From: the human T2T-CHM13v2.0 reference genome, Homo sapiens
Reading direction: 5' to 3' (one strand)
NCBI RefSeq assembly: GCF_009914755.1
Contig: NC_060932.1
Length of the DNA: 64,000 nucleotides
Position numbers and translations under genes: made by a program. Position 1 is the first letter of the stretch. Every line of letters starts with the position of its first letter. This document shows, one piece after another, positions 1-13,599 of the stretch. The notes beneath the pieces were generated by a model. That model was not told the DNA's origin, made no database searches, and saw only the letters and a program-made list of their open reading frames with translations.

Positions 1-58
1 ACTGTACTCCAACCTAAACGACAGAGGAAGATTCCTTCTCAATAAATAAATAAATAAA
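1..58 (+). mobile_element. Alu 3' end with (AATA)n tail, cut by the window edge
   Basis: actgtactccaacctaaacgacagag...ctc resembles the Alu right-arm end, followed by aataaataaa. Confidence 0.85.
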
Positions 59-308
59 GTACATTTTCTCTTTTTTATGATTTACTTAGTAACATATTCT
101 TTTCTCTAGGTTGCTTTATTCTAAGAAACAGTACATGATACATATCACACAAAAAATATGTATTAATCGATTGTTTATGTTATCAGTAAGGCTTCTAGTC
201 AACAGTGGGCTGTTCACAGTTAAGTTTTGCGGGAGTCAAAAGTTATACGAGGATTTCCGACTGCACCAGGGTATGTCCTCAACTCCCACACTGTTCAAGG
301 TTCAACTG
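59..308 (+). mobile_element. Tigger2a/MER28 DNA transposon, 3' part
   Basis: gggagtcaaaagttatacg...gttcaaggttcaactg matches the recalled Tigger2 3' end and TIR. Confidence 0.8.
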
Positions 309-440
309 TGGAAAGAATTCCATGAATGTCTGCTGCTCTGGTTTGTATGTGCGGAGTCTGGGTCTTCATGAATCTAAATGAAGCCAAATCCCTCCCCAGT
401 CCACAGGGCTTTTGGTTGCAACTCAGAATATAGCATTACC

Positions 441-737
<297 letters not shown>

Positions 738-1735
738 TAGCATTACCTTTTATCCCCGAAAACCCAGAGGTCAGATGAAGTCAGTGTAGTGCCTCATGTG
801 GCTAATGACTTTCCCTCCATCCCACTTCAGGTTCTCTCCGCATTGCTTCAGCCACCCTGGGTTCCAGGGGGCCCACATGCCCCTTGGGTATTTCTGCAGT
901 GAATCTTGTACATTTTACATTTCTCTCCAGAATATAAGGAAACAAAAGCACAGACAGCGTTTTCTCCTGGCAGTCCTGGTGACTTCTCTGTGTAGGGTTA
1001 GTATGGCAGTGGAGATAGCCCAACAGAGTGACCAAGGGACATGTCTTTGTGGCGAACGGAGGTTCCCTTTGTGGCCCAAGTCTGAAAGAAGCAGATGGGG
1101 CCATTTTGCAAGCTTTCTACTTAAAGAAAATCAGGAATAGAATAAAAAGGGGTTTTGGACGCACAGGCTCACGCAACAGAGCAGATGCAGGAAGCATCAA
1201 GCTGAGTTTTTCGGGAGGAAAAAAAAAGAAATGAGAACCCGAACAAGGCATTCCCCCTCCAGTGAAATAAAGACCCCAATGCTCCATTACACTGTCTGTT
1301 TAGCTCTCACAGCAGGGGTCCTGGGATTGCAGCCAGGTGCACAAACCAAGGCTATTTGCTGAAAGACAATGGCACCCAGCCTTTAGCCAGTGCAGCCTCG
1401 CGCATGTGCTTGGGAGAGCCACAGCCTCCGAGTGGCTATGTTGGTGGCAGCCTGGCAACCTCACGTTTTTCTGAAGGCTGGAGGGGCTGGGGGAGAGGCA
1501 GTGTGGAGGAGTTGGCAAGGGCAGTGGGTCTGGGGCTTTAAACAATCTCAAATGCCCTGTGGCTTTCTAAGTCTTTGGTAAATTACCCTTTATTCTCTTT
1601 GTTAAGCCTCAGCAGCCTGGAATTGTCTCCTCAAAAGTCAGCCATCTGTTCCCCTCCTGTCTATATTCCGACCGCAAAAAAGGGGCTTAATTTCAGGAAA
1701 AGACTATTCTTTCCTTTAAAAATAATGGAAAAGGA

Positions 1736-2055
1736 GCCAGGCACGGTGGCACGTGCCTGTAGTCCCAGCTACTAGGGGCGTGGGAGGCCTGAGATGGGAG
1801 GATCGCTTGAGGCCAGGACTTCTGGGCTGTAGTGCACCATGCCAATAGAGTGTCCACACTAAGTTCAGCATCCATGTGACCTCCCAGCAGTGGGGGACCA
1901 CCACATTGCCTAAGGATGAGTGAAACCACCCGGGCCGGGAATTGAGCAGGTTCAAACTCCCATGCTGATCAGTAATGGGATCACGCCTGTGAATAGCCAC
2001 TGCACTCCAGCTTGGGCAACATAGTGAGACCCCGTCTCTAAAGAGAAAAAAAAAA
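1736..2055 (+). pseudogene. 7SL (SRP RNA) processed pseudogene, full length
   Basis: Alu-domain ends plus the S-domain that Alus lack (ttctgggctgtagtgc...cactaagttcagcatc...gggggaccacc...gagcagg...gctgatcagta); A-tail; 18-bp TSD at 1718-1735 and 2064-2081. Confidence 0.95.
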
Positions 2056-2917
2056 TTATAGAAAAAAATAACAGAAAAGGAAATGGAGAAGGGGAAATGA
2101 ATGAGGATGAAAGTTTTAGAGATATCAAAGAAGAAGGTGGGCATTTCTGAAAGAGAACCCTTAAAAAGCACATTGTGAATTTCTTGGTGACTGGAGTTTG
2201 GAGGAGTGGCACATTAGTCAGCATGTTGCTGAACAAAAAAATAATATGTATCAAGCTAGTTTTAAATGCAAGGAACTGGACTAGGTGCTGTGAAAGGGGT
2301 TTGCGGGGAAGACTTTCAAGGAATAGTTCTTGAACTCAAGAGAGACAAAGTGTAGAAATTTAAATAACAATGTAAGAAAAAAAACAGCTCAAGAAACGTT
2401 GCAAGATGAATGTCAGGTACAGGCTAGAAGTTCTATAATCATCTAGCACAGGGTGCAAGCACTGTGAGCTGAAAAGTTTCAAGGAAGGGAAAGTGAATAT
2501 AAGGAAATGGAAAAGATCCACAGAGGCACCAGGTTCACTTTCCTACCCAAACAGAATCCTTTCTGCAGCACACAGCTTCTTTTGAAGTATTTTTGATTAC
2601 AGGCATCCATTACCTCCTCAAGTCCAGCCCTTTTGTTTTGAGAATGTTATTTTTTTTCTAGAAAATTCTCAACACAGAGCTGAGGACTAGCTTTCTTTAA
2701 CTCTTCTACTCCCTTCTTTTTTCCTTCTAGGCAAGATAGTTTTGCACAGCCCCTCTTTAAACTTGAGGACAATCTCCAGCAGTTCCCGGGTCCTCTCCTC
2801 TCAGGACAAAGCACCCCTCCCTGTTTCCCTCACATGGTTGGGAATCTAGCTGTCCTCTGGCCTCATTCTAGTATGGAAATTCTCCTGTCCCCAGGGGGTG
2901 CCCAGCCATGAGCCTAG

Positions 2918-3231
<314 letters not shown>

Positions 3232-3551
3232 TCCAGATATATTCTGATAGATGATTCTACAACCATTATTTATCATTCTCTAAACATGATTCTCCTATCC
3301 ATACAGCCTAACGTTGCCTTGGGTTTTAGCTACCACACTGTAAGTGGCAAACCTATGATCAACCAAAAAAAAAAAAACTCTTCAGTCTTTTCCACTTAAA
3401 CTTGCTGCTGAGACAGGTGTCCCCTGCTTGAGCAGAATGTCGAGAGGGGCAGATGTGGAGATCAAGTGAAGGTGTTTGGATTGGGGGCAGGTTGGAGCAG
3501 TCCAGGTGTTCAGTGAACTGAGGAGCTGCCAGATATCAAAATTTACTTTCA

Positions 3552-3674
3552 GTCAGGCACGGTGGTGCACCCCTGTAGTCCCAGCTACTTGGGAAGCTGA
3601 AGCAGAGGATGCCTTGAGCCCAAGAGTTTGAGACCAGCTTGGGCAATATAGTGAGACCTCGATCTCTAAAAAAA
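3552..3674 (+). mobile_element. FLAM_A-like Alu monomer
   Basis: ~120-nt monomer: cctgtagtcccagctact...gagaccagcttgggcaatatagtgagacc plus A-tail. Confidence 0.8.
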
Positions 3675-4006
3675 TTTTTACTTTAACACTACAATATTAA
3701 AATATTTTTATACCAGCATGAATACAGATTGAATAGAATACAGAAACAGAGACATGGAAATTAAGTATATGTTAGAGATTTCTTTTCCAATAAGTAGGCA
3801 GCTATGAATTATTCATATACGGTATTTGGAAATTTGGCTGTTTATTTGTTTGAAGTGACAATTCAATGCATTGTTATCTACCACTATGCACCCAAATTAA
3901 GTTCAGATATATTAAGGATCTAAATGTTATAATTTATAAATATATATAAAAATCTTCCCCCAAAAGACATAAGACCCCAAAAATGTTATTTAAAATGTCG
4001 TACACA

Positions 4007-4340
<334 letters not shown>

Positions 4341-4559
4341 TTAGTGTTTTTTAAGAATAAAACGACTCTGCCTTTGTGGTACTCGCCAAGATGGATAATG
4401 GATCTTTTGCATGTGAGAGGGTTGGGCTGTAAAGGAATGACTTTTTTAAGAGAAAAAAACAGGTAGCATTCCACAAAGTATTATAAAAATAGAACATACT
4501 ATTTTTCCTGTAAACTTTCCAGATTCCAAGTCTTTTCTAACTGCACTACCAAGAATATC

Positions 4560-4643
4560 TACACATATACATGTAAATATGAACATATGATATGTGTGTA
4601 TATATCCATACATATATAAAATATATAAATATATAATATATAT
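4560..4643. repeat. (TA)-rich low-complexity repeat
   Basis: catatatataaaatatataaatatataatatata. Confidence 0.75.
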
Positions 4644-5389
4644 GAAAGAAAAGTATCAGATGTTTCCAGGGTCCCTGTTTGATATCACACTTACATATAA
4701 TACCCACTTTCTCTAAACCCCGTCCACATATTCCTTACAGGAAAGCTGTCACCCGGCTAAACGCAGCTGATGACACTCGGAAGTCTTGGTGATAGAGAAA
4801 ACAGCTCCATACAAAAGATAGTGAGACAGTTTTTCTAAGAGTAAAAGGGCTCCAGGCATGTGGTAGAGCCTCTGGAAAATACCGTTGAATGAATAAGTGA
4901 TTTAATGAACAAACAAATGAAGCACCAAAGGTTGAAGGGCTTCTAAGTTTTTCACCCTGATGTGGGTGGGTTAAGGACCTATCAGAGGCCTTGAGAAAAA
5001 ACTGCCCTTACAGCCTTAACCCTGCAGGCCTTGAACAAGATGGACATTTTGGCTCCATTGATCATCCAGTTTACTTGTTTTTCTGTCCATCTCTCCCCTG
5101 TAACAATATGGGCTGTTCTAGCTGTAATTCACCTCTGGAGCCATCAGAATCCTCCTGGTAAAAATGGCCCTAATATCAAACACAGAGGCCACTGCTAGTA
5201 AACTTTATAAATCGAACAAGAAATCATATGATATAATCAGATAAGTAGCCTTATTTTGTCTCACAGTGTGTCATCATAACCCTGCCCCTGGGTTGACTAC
5301 TCTCTGACAACATGGTTTGGTAACTCTTTGGTAAAAGTTCTTCAAACATTTCAAGACACATGGTGTCATTCCAATAATATAAACGTCCA

Positions 5390-5740
<351 letters not shown>

Positions 5741-6310
5741 TTAAACTTGAGTTAACGTTAACTCTTGCCTCCCCCTGCTGGACCCCACTGAGAGCTGCCT
5801 GGTTGCTGGGGTGTGGTATGGCGGGGGGTGGGGGTCCTCTTACCCTCATAGTTTGCCAACTGGGACCCAGGCAGGCAGGGGAGAGGGCAGGGAGTAAGGG
5901 GATGTTGGAAAGTTCTTGCTCAACTGCTACTGGTCTGAGGTGACTCACTCTCTTGGGATCTCTAGATTTTTAAAACCAACTTTTTCTCTCATCAGCCATT
6001 TTGTGGGATATTTGGAGACTCTCCTAGCGGTGCTCCTCAGACCGCAGATCTTGAGATGTGGTCAATTCCCTTTCATCAATGGCCGCTCCAGGTTCAGACC
6101 TTGTTTTTTCGTTGGTTTAGGCCATGAAGAATTTCTCCATTGGTCTCTCCTCCTTCATGTTGGCCTCTACCTGGATTGTAAATGGATCCAGGATAGCTCA
6201 TTCTCACCCAGGATCCTTTTTGGTTCTATAGGAAACATTTATGCATTCTCTGCCCAGGCTGACTCTGCATATTCTAGGAAATCTCAAGCAGCGACTCTTT
6301 TCAAAAAAGT

Positions 6311-6487
6311 TTTTCTTTTTTTTCTTTTTTTTTTTTTTTTGAGATGGAGTCTCACTCTGTTGCCCAGGCTGGAGTGTGTTGGTGCCATCATAGCTTACTA
6401 TGGACTCCAACTCCTGGGCTCAAGCGATCCTCCTGCTTTAGTCTCCCAAGTAGATGGGACTACAAGCATTTGCCATAATACCTGGCT
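6311..6487 (-). mobile_element. FRAM/FAM-like Alu monomer (or isolated AluJ right arm)
   Basis: Single right-arm-like unit with poly-T; no left arm follows. Confidence 0.75.
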
Positions 6488-7276
6488 TTTAAAAAGTATT
6501 TAAATAATTTTATTTCCAAATTAATATAGTAACCTGAGTTCAGTTACCAACACATTGAAGATTTGAAAATAATTATTTCCTTTTAGACACACTCTTACTC
6601 CCAGCTTTTCTTTCTTTAAACGGAGCAAATAACTTTTGTATAGGTGGTACAAACGTAAACTTTAGTCAAGTTCAAGTCCCATATCAACAGAATGCACATT
6701 AGAGAGATTTTATTATACTGTTGTTTATTTGGTATATTGTCTTTAAAAAAAATCAAAGAATACATGCAAAAGCTCAAAAGACTGATTCTTCATTGTTTCC
6801 AGCTGAATGTGATAGAGATGAAAAGTGGGTCATTGTTACTTGACTACATCATAAATTTTACATGAATGCTTCAGTTGACAGCTATTATTTATCATAACTA
6901 TGCTCTTACTCTGCTACCTATTACAACCCTTTAAAAACCCACAACACCACCTCTGTGTATTTCCCACTGGGGTAAAAGGCATTTAAAATATAAAGTATCT
7001 TTTTTATGCTAAAAAGGTCACAGTTACTAATCTTCTACTATATAGCTAGTATTACTCATGCTGTTTTTATTTATAGGGTGCTTAACAGTCAGATAGTAGT
7101 TAACCTTTCCAATCATCCCGGGCAGGAGCATGTTAGGAAATCATTTCAAATTAGTGCAGAGATCCCAATCAGTAAACTCAGGAATTAGCAGAGGATCCTG
7201 GAATGAAATGATGACATCCAATTGACTGAGTACAGTATGTAGAATGTCTTTCAGATAAAGTTAATTTAAGAAATAT

Positions 7277-7772
7277 ATTTTTAAATTTTTATTTATTGAT
7301 ACATCATATTTGTACATATTTACAGGGTACATGTGATATTTTGTTACATGCATAGAATGTGTAATGATCACATCAAGGTATTTAGAATATCCATCACCTG
7401 GAATATTTATCATTTCTTTGTGTTGGGAACATTTTAAGTCCTCTCTTTCAATTATTTTGAAATATACAATATATTCATGTTAACTATAGTCACCGTAGTC
7501 TGCTGTCAAACATTAAAACCTATTCCTTCTATCTAACTATATGTTTGTACTGATTAACCAGCTTATTTTTATCCAACCCCCTTCTCCCCACCACATACCC
7601 TTTCTGCCCTCTGGTATCTATGATTCCATTCTCTACCTCCGTGAGATCAATATTTTTTAGCTCCTACATGTGAGTGAGAACATGCAATATTTGTCTTTCT
7701 GTGCTTGTCTAATTTCATTTGACATAATGTCCTCCAGTTTCATCCATGTTGCTGCAAATGACATGATTTTAT
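7277..7772 (-). mobile_element. L1MA-family 3' end
   Basis: gggtacatgtgatattttgttacatgcatagaatgtgtaatgatca...tgagtgagaacatgcaatatttgtctttctgtg. Confidence 0.85.
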
Positions 7773-8350
7773 CAAGCCAGTGACTCTTCTTTACAGAGTG
7801 TCAATGAGCTCAGCAACACATCTCTCCTAACTTCCAGATTTCCTGGACAGAGTCAGATGTCCATCCATTCTGCAGCCTCAGCCACAAAGAACACATTTGA
7901 AGCCCTCCAAACAATTCAATTAAAGCTACTCTCACTCGTCACCTTTAGATAGAACTCATAGCAATCAATTACCCCTTCCAAACCAACTCCCCTCACACAT
8001 TCTTTCTGATTTCCCTCTCTCTTGACCTTTTTATACTTCTGGTATGTGGGAATAGCCCTTGGGTGCAAAGCCTAAGACTTGTCTAACCACTTTTCAGATA
8101 TTTCTTTTGAAAAATTGATGCTTGTCTCACAACGAATTTCAATATTGGATACCTTAGTGCCTCAGTTGAGTAGTTTAGTATATTTTTATACTAGTTGATA
8201 AAATCTTACTTTTTGTCCCAGGTTGATGGCTCTGATTCTATGGCTAAATGGAGACCCTACTAGTAAAATAGGCTTATTAATCTTAATATGAGTATGTTAA
8301 AAGCCACAGGACAAGGATTTTAAAAAGGATCATCTGTTTAACTTGTTTTC

Positions 8351-8960
8351 TGTGGTAGCCAAGCCTCCAAGATGGTCCCTGCCCCCTGGGATTCATATCT
8401 TTGTGTAGTGTGACGAAATCCATACTGGCTCAGGGTTGCTGGTCTGTTTGATCAGTAGAATACAGAGAAGTAATGAGATGTTACTTCCAAGATTAGATTA
8501 TAAAATATTTTGATTTCATCACACTTGCTCCTTGTCTCATGTAGATATTTGCCCTCAGGGAAGCCATGTTACGATCAGTTTCATTCTGGGGAGAAGCCAT
8601 GTTGTGTGATCAGTTTCATTCTGGGGGTGGGGGAAGCCATGTTGTAATCAGTTTCACTCTGGAGGAAGCCATGTTGTGACCAGTTTCATGGAGCGTCCCA
8701 CATAGGAAGGAACAGAAGCCTCCTGCCAGCAGCTACATGACTGAACTTGGAAATGGGGCCTCCAGCCCCAGAAGCTAAGTTTTCAGAGACTACAGCCGCT
8801 GATGACAGTTCAGCTGCAACTTAGTGAGACATCCTGAGCCGGAACCATGCAGCCACCCCATTCCTAGATTCTTGAACCTTAGTAACTATGTGAAACAAAG
8901 TGTTTGTTATTTCAAGTTCCTAGGTTTGGAGCTTTTTAATGCAGCAATAGAAAAGTGATA
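8351..8960 (+). mobile_element. MLT1F-like MaLR solo LTR
   Basis: tgtggtagcc..gcctccaagatgg start; ttacttccaagattag; gcagcaatagaaaagtgata end. Confidence 0.75.
8560..8689 (+). repeat. Four-copy ~32-40-bp tandem repeat inside the LTR
   Basis: gaagccatgtt...cagtttca units start at 8560, 8593, 8633 and 8665. Confidence 0.9.
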
Positions 8961-10080
8961 TGACGTATAAATAGTTGGACTAAAGTTCTTCACATTTGCA
9001 AAGTGTTTTGCAAAGTATTGCATTTACTAACATAACTGAGTCCCTCTATATTCTAAAGTCCATTATAAAAATAAAATATAAATTTATTGGACTCATCTTC
9101 ATTCCTTTCAAAATATTTATTGCAGGATTTCTTTGCAAATATAAGCAGAAAAATTAGGTATATTTTTCTAACTAAATGATTTCGCATTGAAACTGTTCTA
9201 TTTTTGTCTTGCTTAATTTTTATTATGTTCTTCTGAGAAGAACAACCATTTAGCACCGGAGAACTGAGGCAGAGACTACAAGAGGCTTTCAACAGATGAT
9301 TGTGCAGCTAACAAGGGAAGGGAGAAAGAGGGTTAACCTGGGTCTTACTGACAGACTGTGCCCCTATGCTGAGTTACGTTTCCAAACACAGGGATGTGAG
9401 AGTTTGTTAATGTAACTGATTCTTCATAGTATTAAGCATGTTTCATCTTTTATCATTACTAAAGCATCTGAAAATAAAAGTCCTAAAAACAGTAGTGTGA
9501 GGGGGTGGGGGCGAATTCAGAATTTGCTAATACATCAGTAGCAAACTGACAAATTCTATTTGGTGCCATGTGAGAAGCCTAACACGACTCATTAGAGCAT
9601 AAAACATGTTCCAGAAGCCATTCCTAAGGTAGCCAGGATGAAATACACACAATCTCTCTGTCCGCGTCCTACTCTTTCCCTTGCAGCGGGAATATGAATT
9701 CTGAAACTGCATTTGTAATGCGGAAGAGTCACCTTGCTAAAGACTTTGGTATCTTCCTTCCCCTTCCTACCTGATCTTTCCACCTCCTGGGAGGTTTGGG
9801 GTTCAAGGCTGCCTCCATCTCTATTACGGGGGTGAGATGCCATTTAGTAAACATTCCTAAGTCTGTGTCATGGTTCTGTTTACATCCGATGCCCATTTCA
9901 CACTCAGGCCTGAGCAGTTTCTGAAACGGTTCGTTCTGGCACAGTCTAGCCTGCTTCAGACTTCCTTTGCAGCTAATGGAAAGACCAGGGCTGACACTGC
10001 TGCCCCTCACAGGTTATGTCTGTTAGCCGCATCTTCATTCTTATCTGGGAGAAAATTTATATGGTCTGTGCAGGAACACA

Positions 10081-10154
10081 GGTTGACTCAGGTAAACTAA
10101 GGTAAACTCAGGTACACCCAGCTACATTCAGGCATTCTCAGCTATACTCAGGTT
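10081..10154 (+). repeat. Degenerate 10-bp tandem array (~7.4 units)
   Basis: ggttgactca/ggtaaactaa/ggtaaactca/ggtacaccca/gctacattca/ggcattctca/gctatactca/ggtt. Confidence 0.8.
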
Positions 10155-10912
10155 CAGGAGTTTCTGGTTCAATGATACCTTTCCGTAGTTCTCAAATTGC
10201 GATTTTCAATTAAAAAAGATAATTTGAAACTATATCTGAAGTATAGAATGAAAATTTAAAAATGAGATGATCTTTAAGGATAAGCTTGCTGTTAAGTAAA
10301 TAAGAAAAGAGATTAAAATGAATAATAAAAAATATTAAAAATGAGATGACTAAATGTATTAAGTAGCTATATTAAATATAGATTAACAAGTATATTTTGT
10401 AGTCTTTGGTATGAATCGAGTATAAACAAATGGATTTGGATTTCTGAACCCACGGTCCGGTTTTTTCTTTTAAGAAGAAAAGCTGTCATGGCCACGGAGG
10501 TGTCCCTTGGTCGGGCTTGCACCTGCACATCTCCCTTCGGTGACAAGTACAAGGCTGTAGCAGGGGAGTCTGATCACGTCTCTACTTCCCGGAGCTCATG
10601 GCACCTGTGGGACAGGACATTTACCTTCAAGGCCTGAGTTGCTCCCCATCAAGGCCTTCATAGGGCGGAGATACCTTTGGCGGAAGAAGAGAAAATGTTC
10701 CTTATGTGGTATTTTGCCTGTGACAAATAAATACTCACACATCAATTAATTGGTTAAGAAGTGAACTACACTAGATTTGTTAAAGTCTCCTAAAATTGAA
10801 ATAGAGAAAAGAGCTTATTTCCAGATGTCCGAAGCAGGACTACCTAACCATATAGAAGTAGATACTAAATTACATAAAATAATCCTAATTTTAAATATCC
10901 CTCATATCTCAC

Positions 10913-11343
10913 TGTATTAGTCCATTCTTGCATTGCTATAAAGAAATACCTGAGATGGGGTAATTTATAAATAATAGAGGTTTAATTGGTTCACAGTTCT
11001 GCAGGCTATGCAGGAAACATGTTGTTGGCATCTGCTGGGTTTCTGGGGGGGTCTCAGGAAACTTACAATCATGGCAGAAGGTGAAGGAGGAGCAGGCACA
11101 TCTTACATGGCCAGAGTAGGAGCAAGAGTGATCGAGGGAGGAGGTACTATGCACTTTTAAACAGCCAGATCTCACAAGAGCTCACTCACTATCAGCAGGA
11201 CAGTATCAAGAAGAATGGTGCTAAACCATTCATGAGCAAGCTGGCTACATGATCCAGTCATCTCTCACCAGGCCCCACCTCCAACACTGGGTATTACAAT
11301 TTGACGTGAGGTTTGGTAGGGACAGAAAATCCAAGCTATATGA
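10913..11343 (-). mobile_element. MST-family (MSTA1/MSTB-like) solo LTR
   Basis: tgtattagtccattcttgcattgctataaagaaatacctgag...aggccccacctccaacactggg. Confidence 0.9.
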
Positions 11344-11404
11344 ACTGCTCATTCCTATGACACAATTCTACTAGCTATATATCTGCACAGTGGCGTTGAG
11401 ATAA

Positions 11405-11738
<334 letters not shown>

Positions 11739-12859
11739 CTGGTTGTACTTCTCATGTATACTTAGCATGCCTAGTAATTGTGGAACGCCAGTAAATATTT
11801 GTTATACAACTGATCAATGGAATTAATGAACTTTGCATACTTATAAATAAAAATATCTGATTCATCTACATAATTTACCCAAATGAAGGGCTGCAGCTGT
11901 CCTTCATGTTTAGCAATGTTATACATTCTCTTTTGTTTTCTCCTAGTCTAGTGATAGATGCAATTTTCTTGCTTTACTTACTTCCCACATAACCTCTGGG
12001 TGACCTTAAATGAGGCCTTACCTATCTGGCACTTTATCTTGTCAAAATTCCTTGCATGGTTGTCACTCCTATCTATCTTGATTCACGGTTGGATCAATCG
12101 ACCGAGTAGGTATTTAATCCCTGAAATCAATCTCTCCGGATTCTCAATCATTTGTCTTTGCTGGGTTTGACTTCCTTCCAGTTCTACGTATGAGCCTTTG
12201 TAAGGTTATCTCAATCTCAGCAGCCCAGGGGAGAATTTCCTAGAGGTGGCTGAGAGGCACATGCGTCTTTGGCCCTGATGAGGACCTCTGTGTATTTATG
12301 TGTGTGGACACGTAGTCCCTTGGAGCCAAGCAAAGGAGATTTGTAAACGAATGTAGTTTCTGCTGCTGACTGCCTGTCTGCCCACAGTCTTTTCATTTAC
12401 AAATAGTGCCCACTCTTTCAGTCTTGTTGAGGGCTAGCTATGGGAAGACATGCCAAGCTCATGAATTCCCATTTAGCTGCCACACATGTAACATGAAACC
12501 AGGTGCAGCCTATCAGTAAGAGGAAAGTACCTAAATGGCAGAAATGTCAAAGGGAAAGCAGGTCGGTAATGGCATCCTATCCCCAGTGTGATATGTAGAC
12601 CATCAGCTCCAAAGTCCTGCAGGCTGCCTGAGTGCACAGTAAATGGGGTCAGGCTCTCCTTTGTGTTGAAATTTCTACCCAGCCAAAAGTTAGATCTTCT
12701 TGGAAGCAAATTTACTCTTTCAGCCGTTTAATGGAATCTACCTGCCCCTGCAACTGTCAGTGGTATCATCATCACTTCCAGAGGTAACAAAAGTGGGGAT
12801 TGCTGCCGGCAGCCACTCGTGAGCAATTCTGCTCAGTTGTCTGTGTAATGTTTAAATTG

Positions 12860-13035
12860 AGGACTACTACCTTGGTGCCCGGCTGTATGCTTTCTATGCA
12901 ATTTCTTGAAATTCCTCTCCCGATGCTCTGACATATACCATTAGAATTTTTCAGATGAAGAAATTGAGGCCATAAGAAGATACTCTCAAGATTATACAGC
13001 TATGAAGGAGGAGAAGGATTTCAAGCCTGTCCTGC
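12860..13035 (-). mobile_element. MIR
   Basis: ttttcagatgaagaaattgaggc core. Confidence 0.6.
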
Positions 13036-13599
13036 CCAACAGCAGGGCCTGAGAATTAGGAAGGTGGCTGCAGAAGATGGGTTTACCCCAGTGCCAATCT
13101 GTGTGGCCTCACTGACAGTGATTGATCTGACCTCATCTCCCTAACTTCAGAAAAAGTTCTTCCATCTTACTTCAATCTATTTCAATGGGAAAATATTGGT
13201 ATCCTCATGTCATTTTGTTTTTGCCTCCTTGTAAATACTTATTGAACATGTGAAAGTGTATATCCAAAGAGTTAGAAACGTGACTGTCATCTAAATATAG
13301 AATGAACAGGCATCAAAAATGTATTCAACTCATTGAGGGAACCAGTATGTTGGTAATGCTGGTTCCAAAAGCATTTTGAGGAACTGAATATTCAGAGGCA
13401 TTTTAGGGGGAAAAATGCCAGAATAAGATTCCTGGATTAGACACAAAACTGTTAACATCCTACAGGCAATACAATCTGAAATTGAGGTTATCATCTCTAC
13501 CAAATAGAAATCTACAAACTAACATGTAACCTCACAGTAGTGTCTAGCTCTGAACCAAGTTAATGACAGAGTCAAACACAAGTACCTTTCCTTAGATTG

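Noticed and set aside
5749-5764. Perfect 16-bp palindrome gagttaacgttaactc
   Set aside because: About one such palindrome is expected by chance in 64 kb
5916-6503. Longest ORF (195 aa, plus strand)
   Set aside because: TTG start, runs through poly-T into an Alu monomer, no recognisable domain
8560-8689. CRISPR-like repeat/spacer appearance
   Set aside because: The units are contiguous tandem copies with no unique spacers, inside a mammalian LTR, and there are no cas genes
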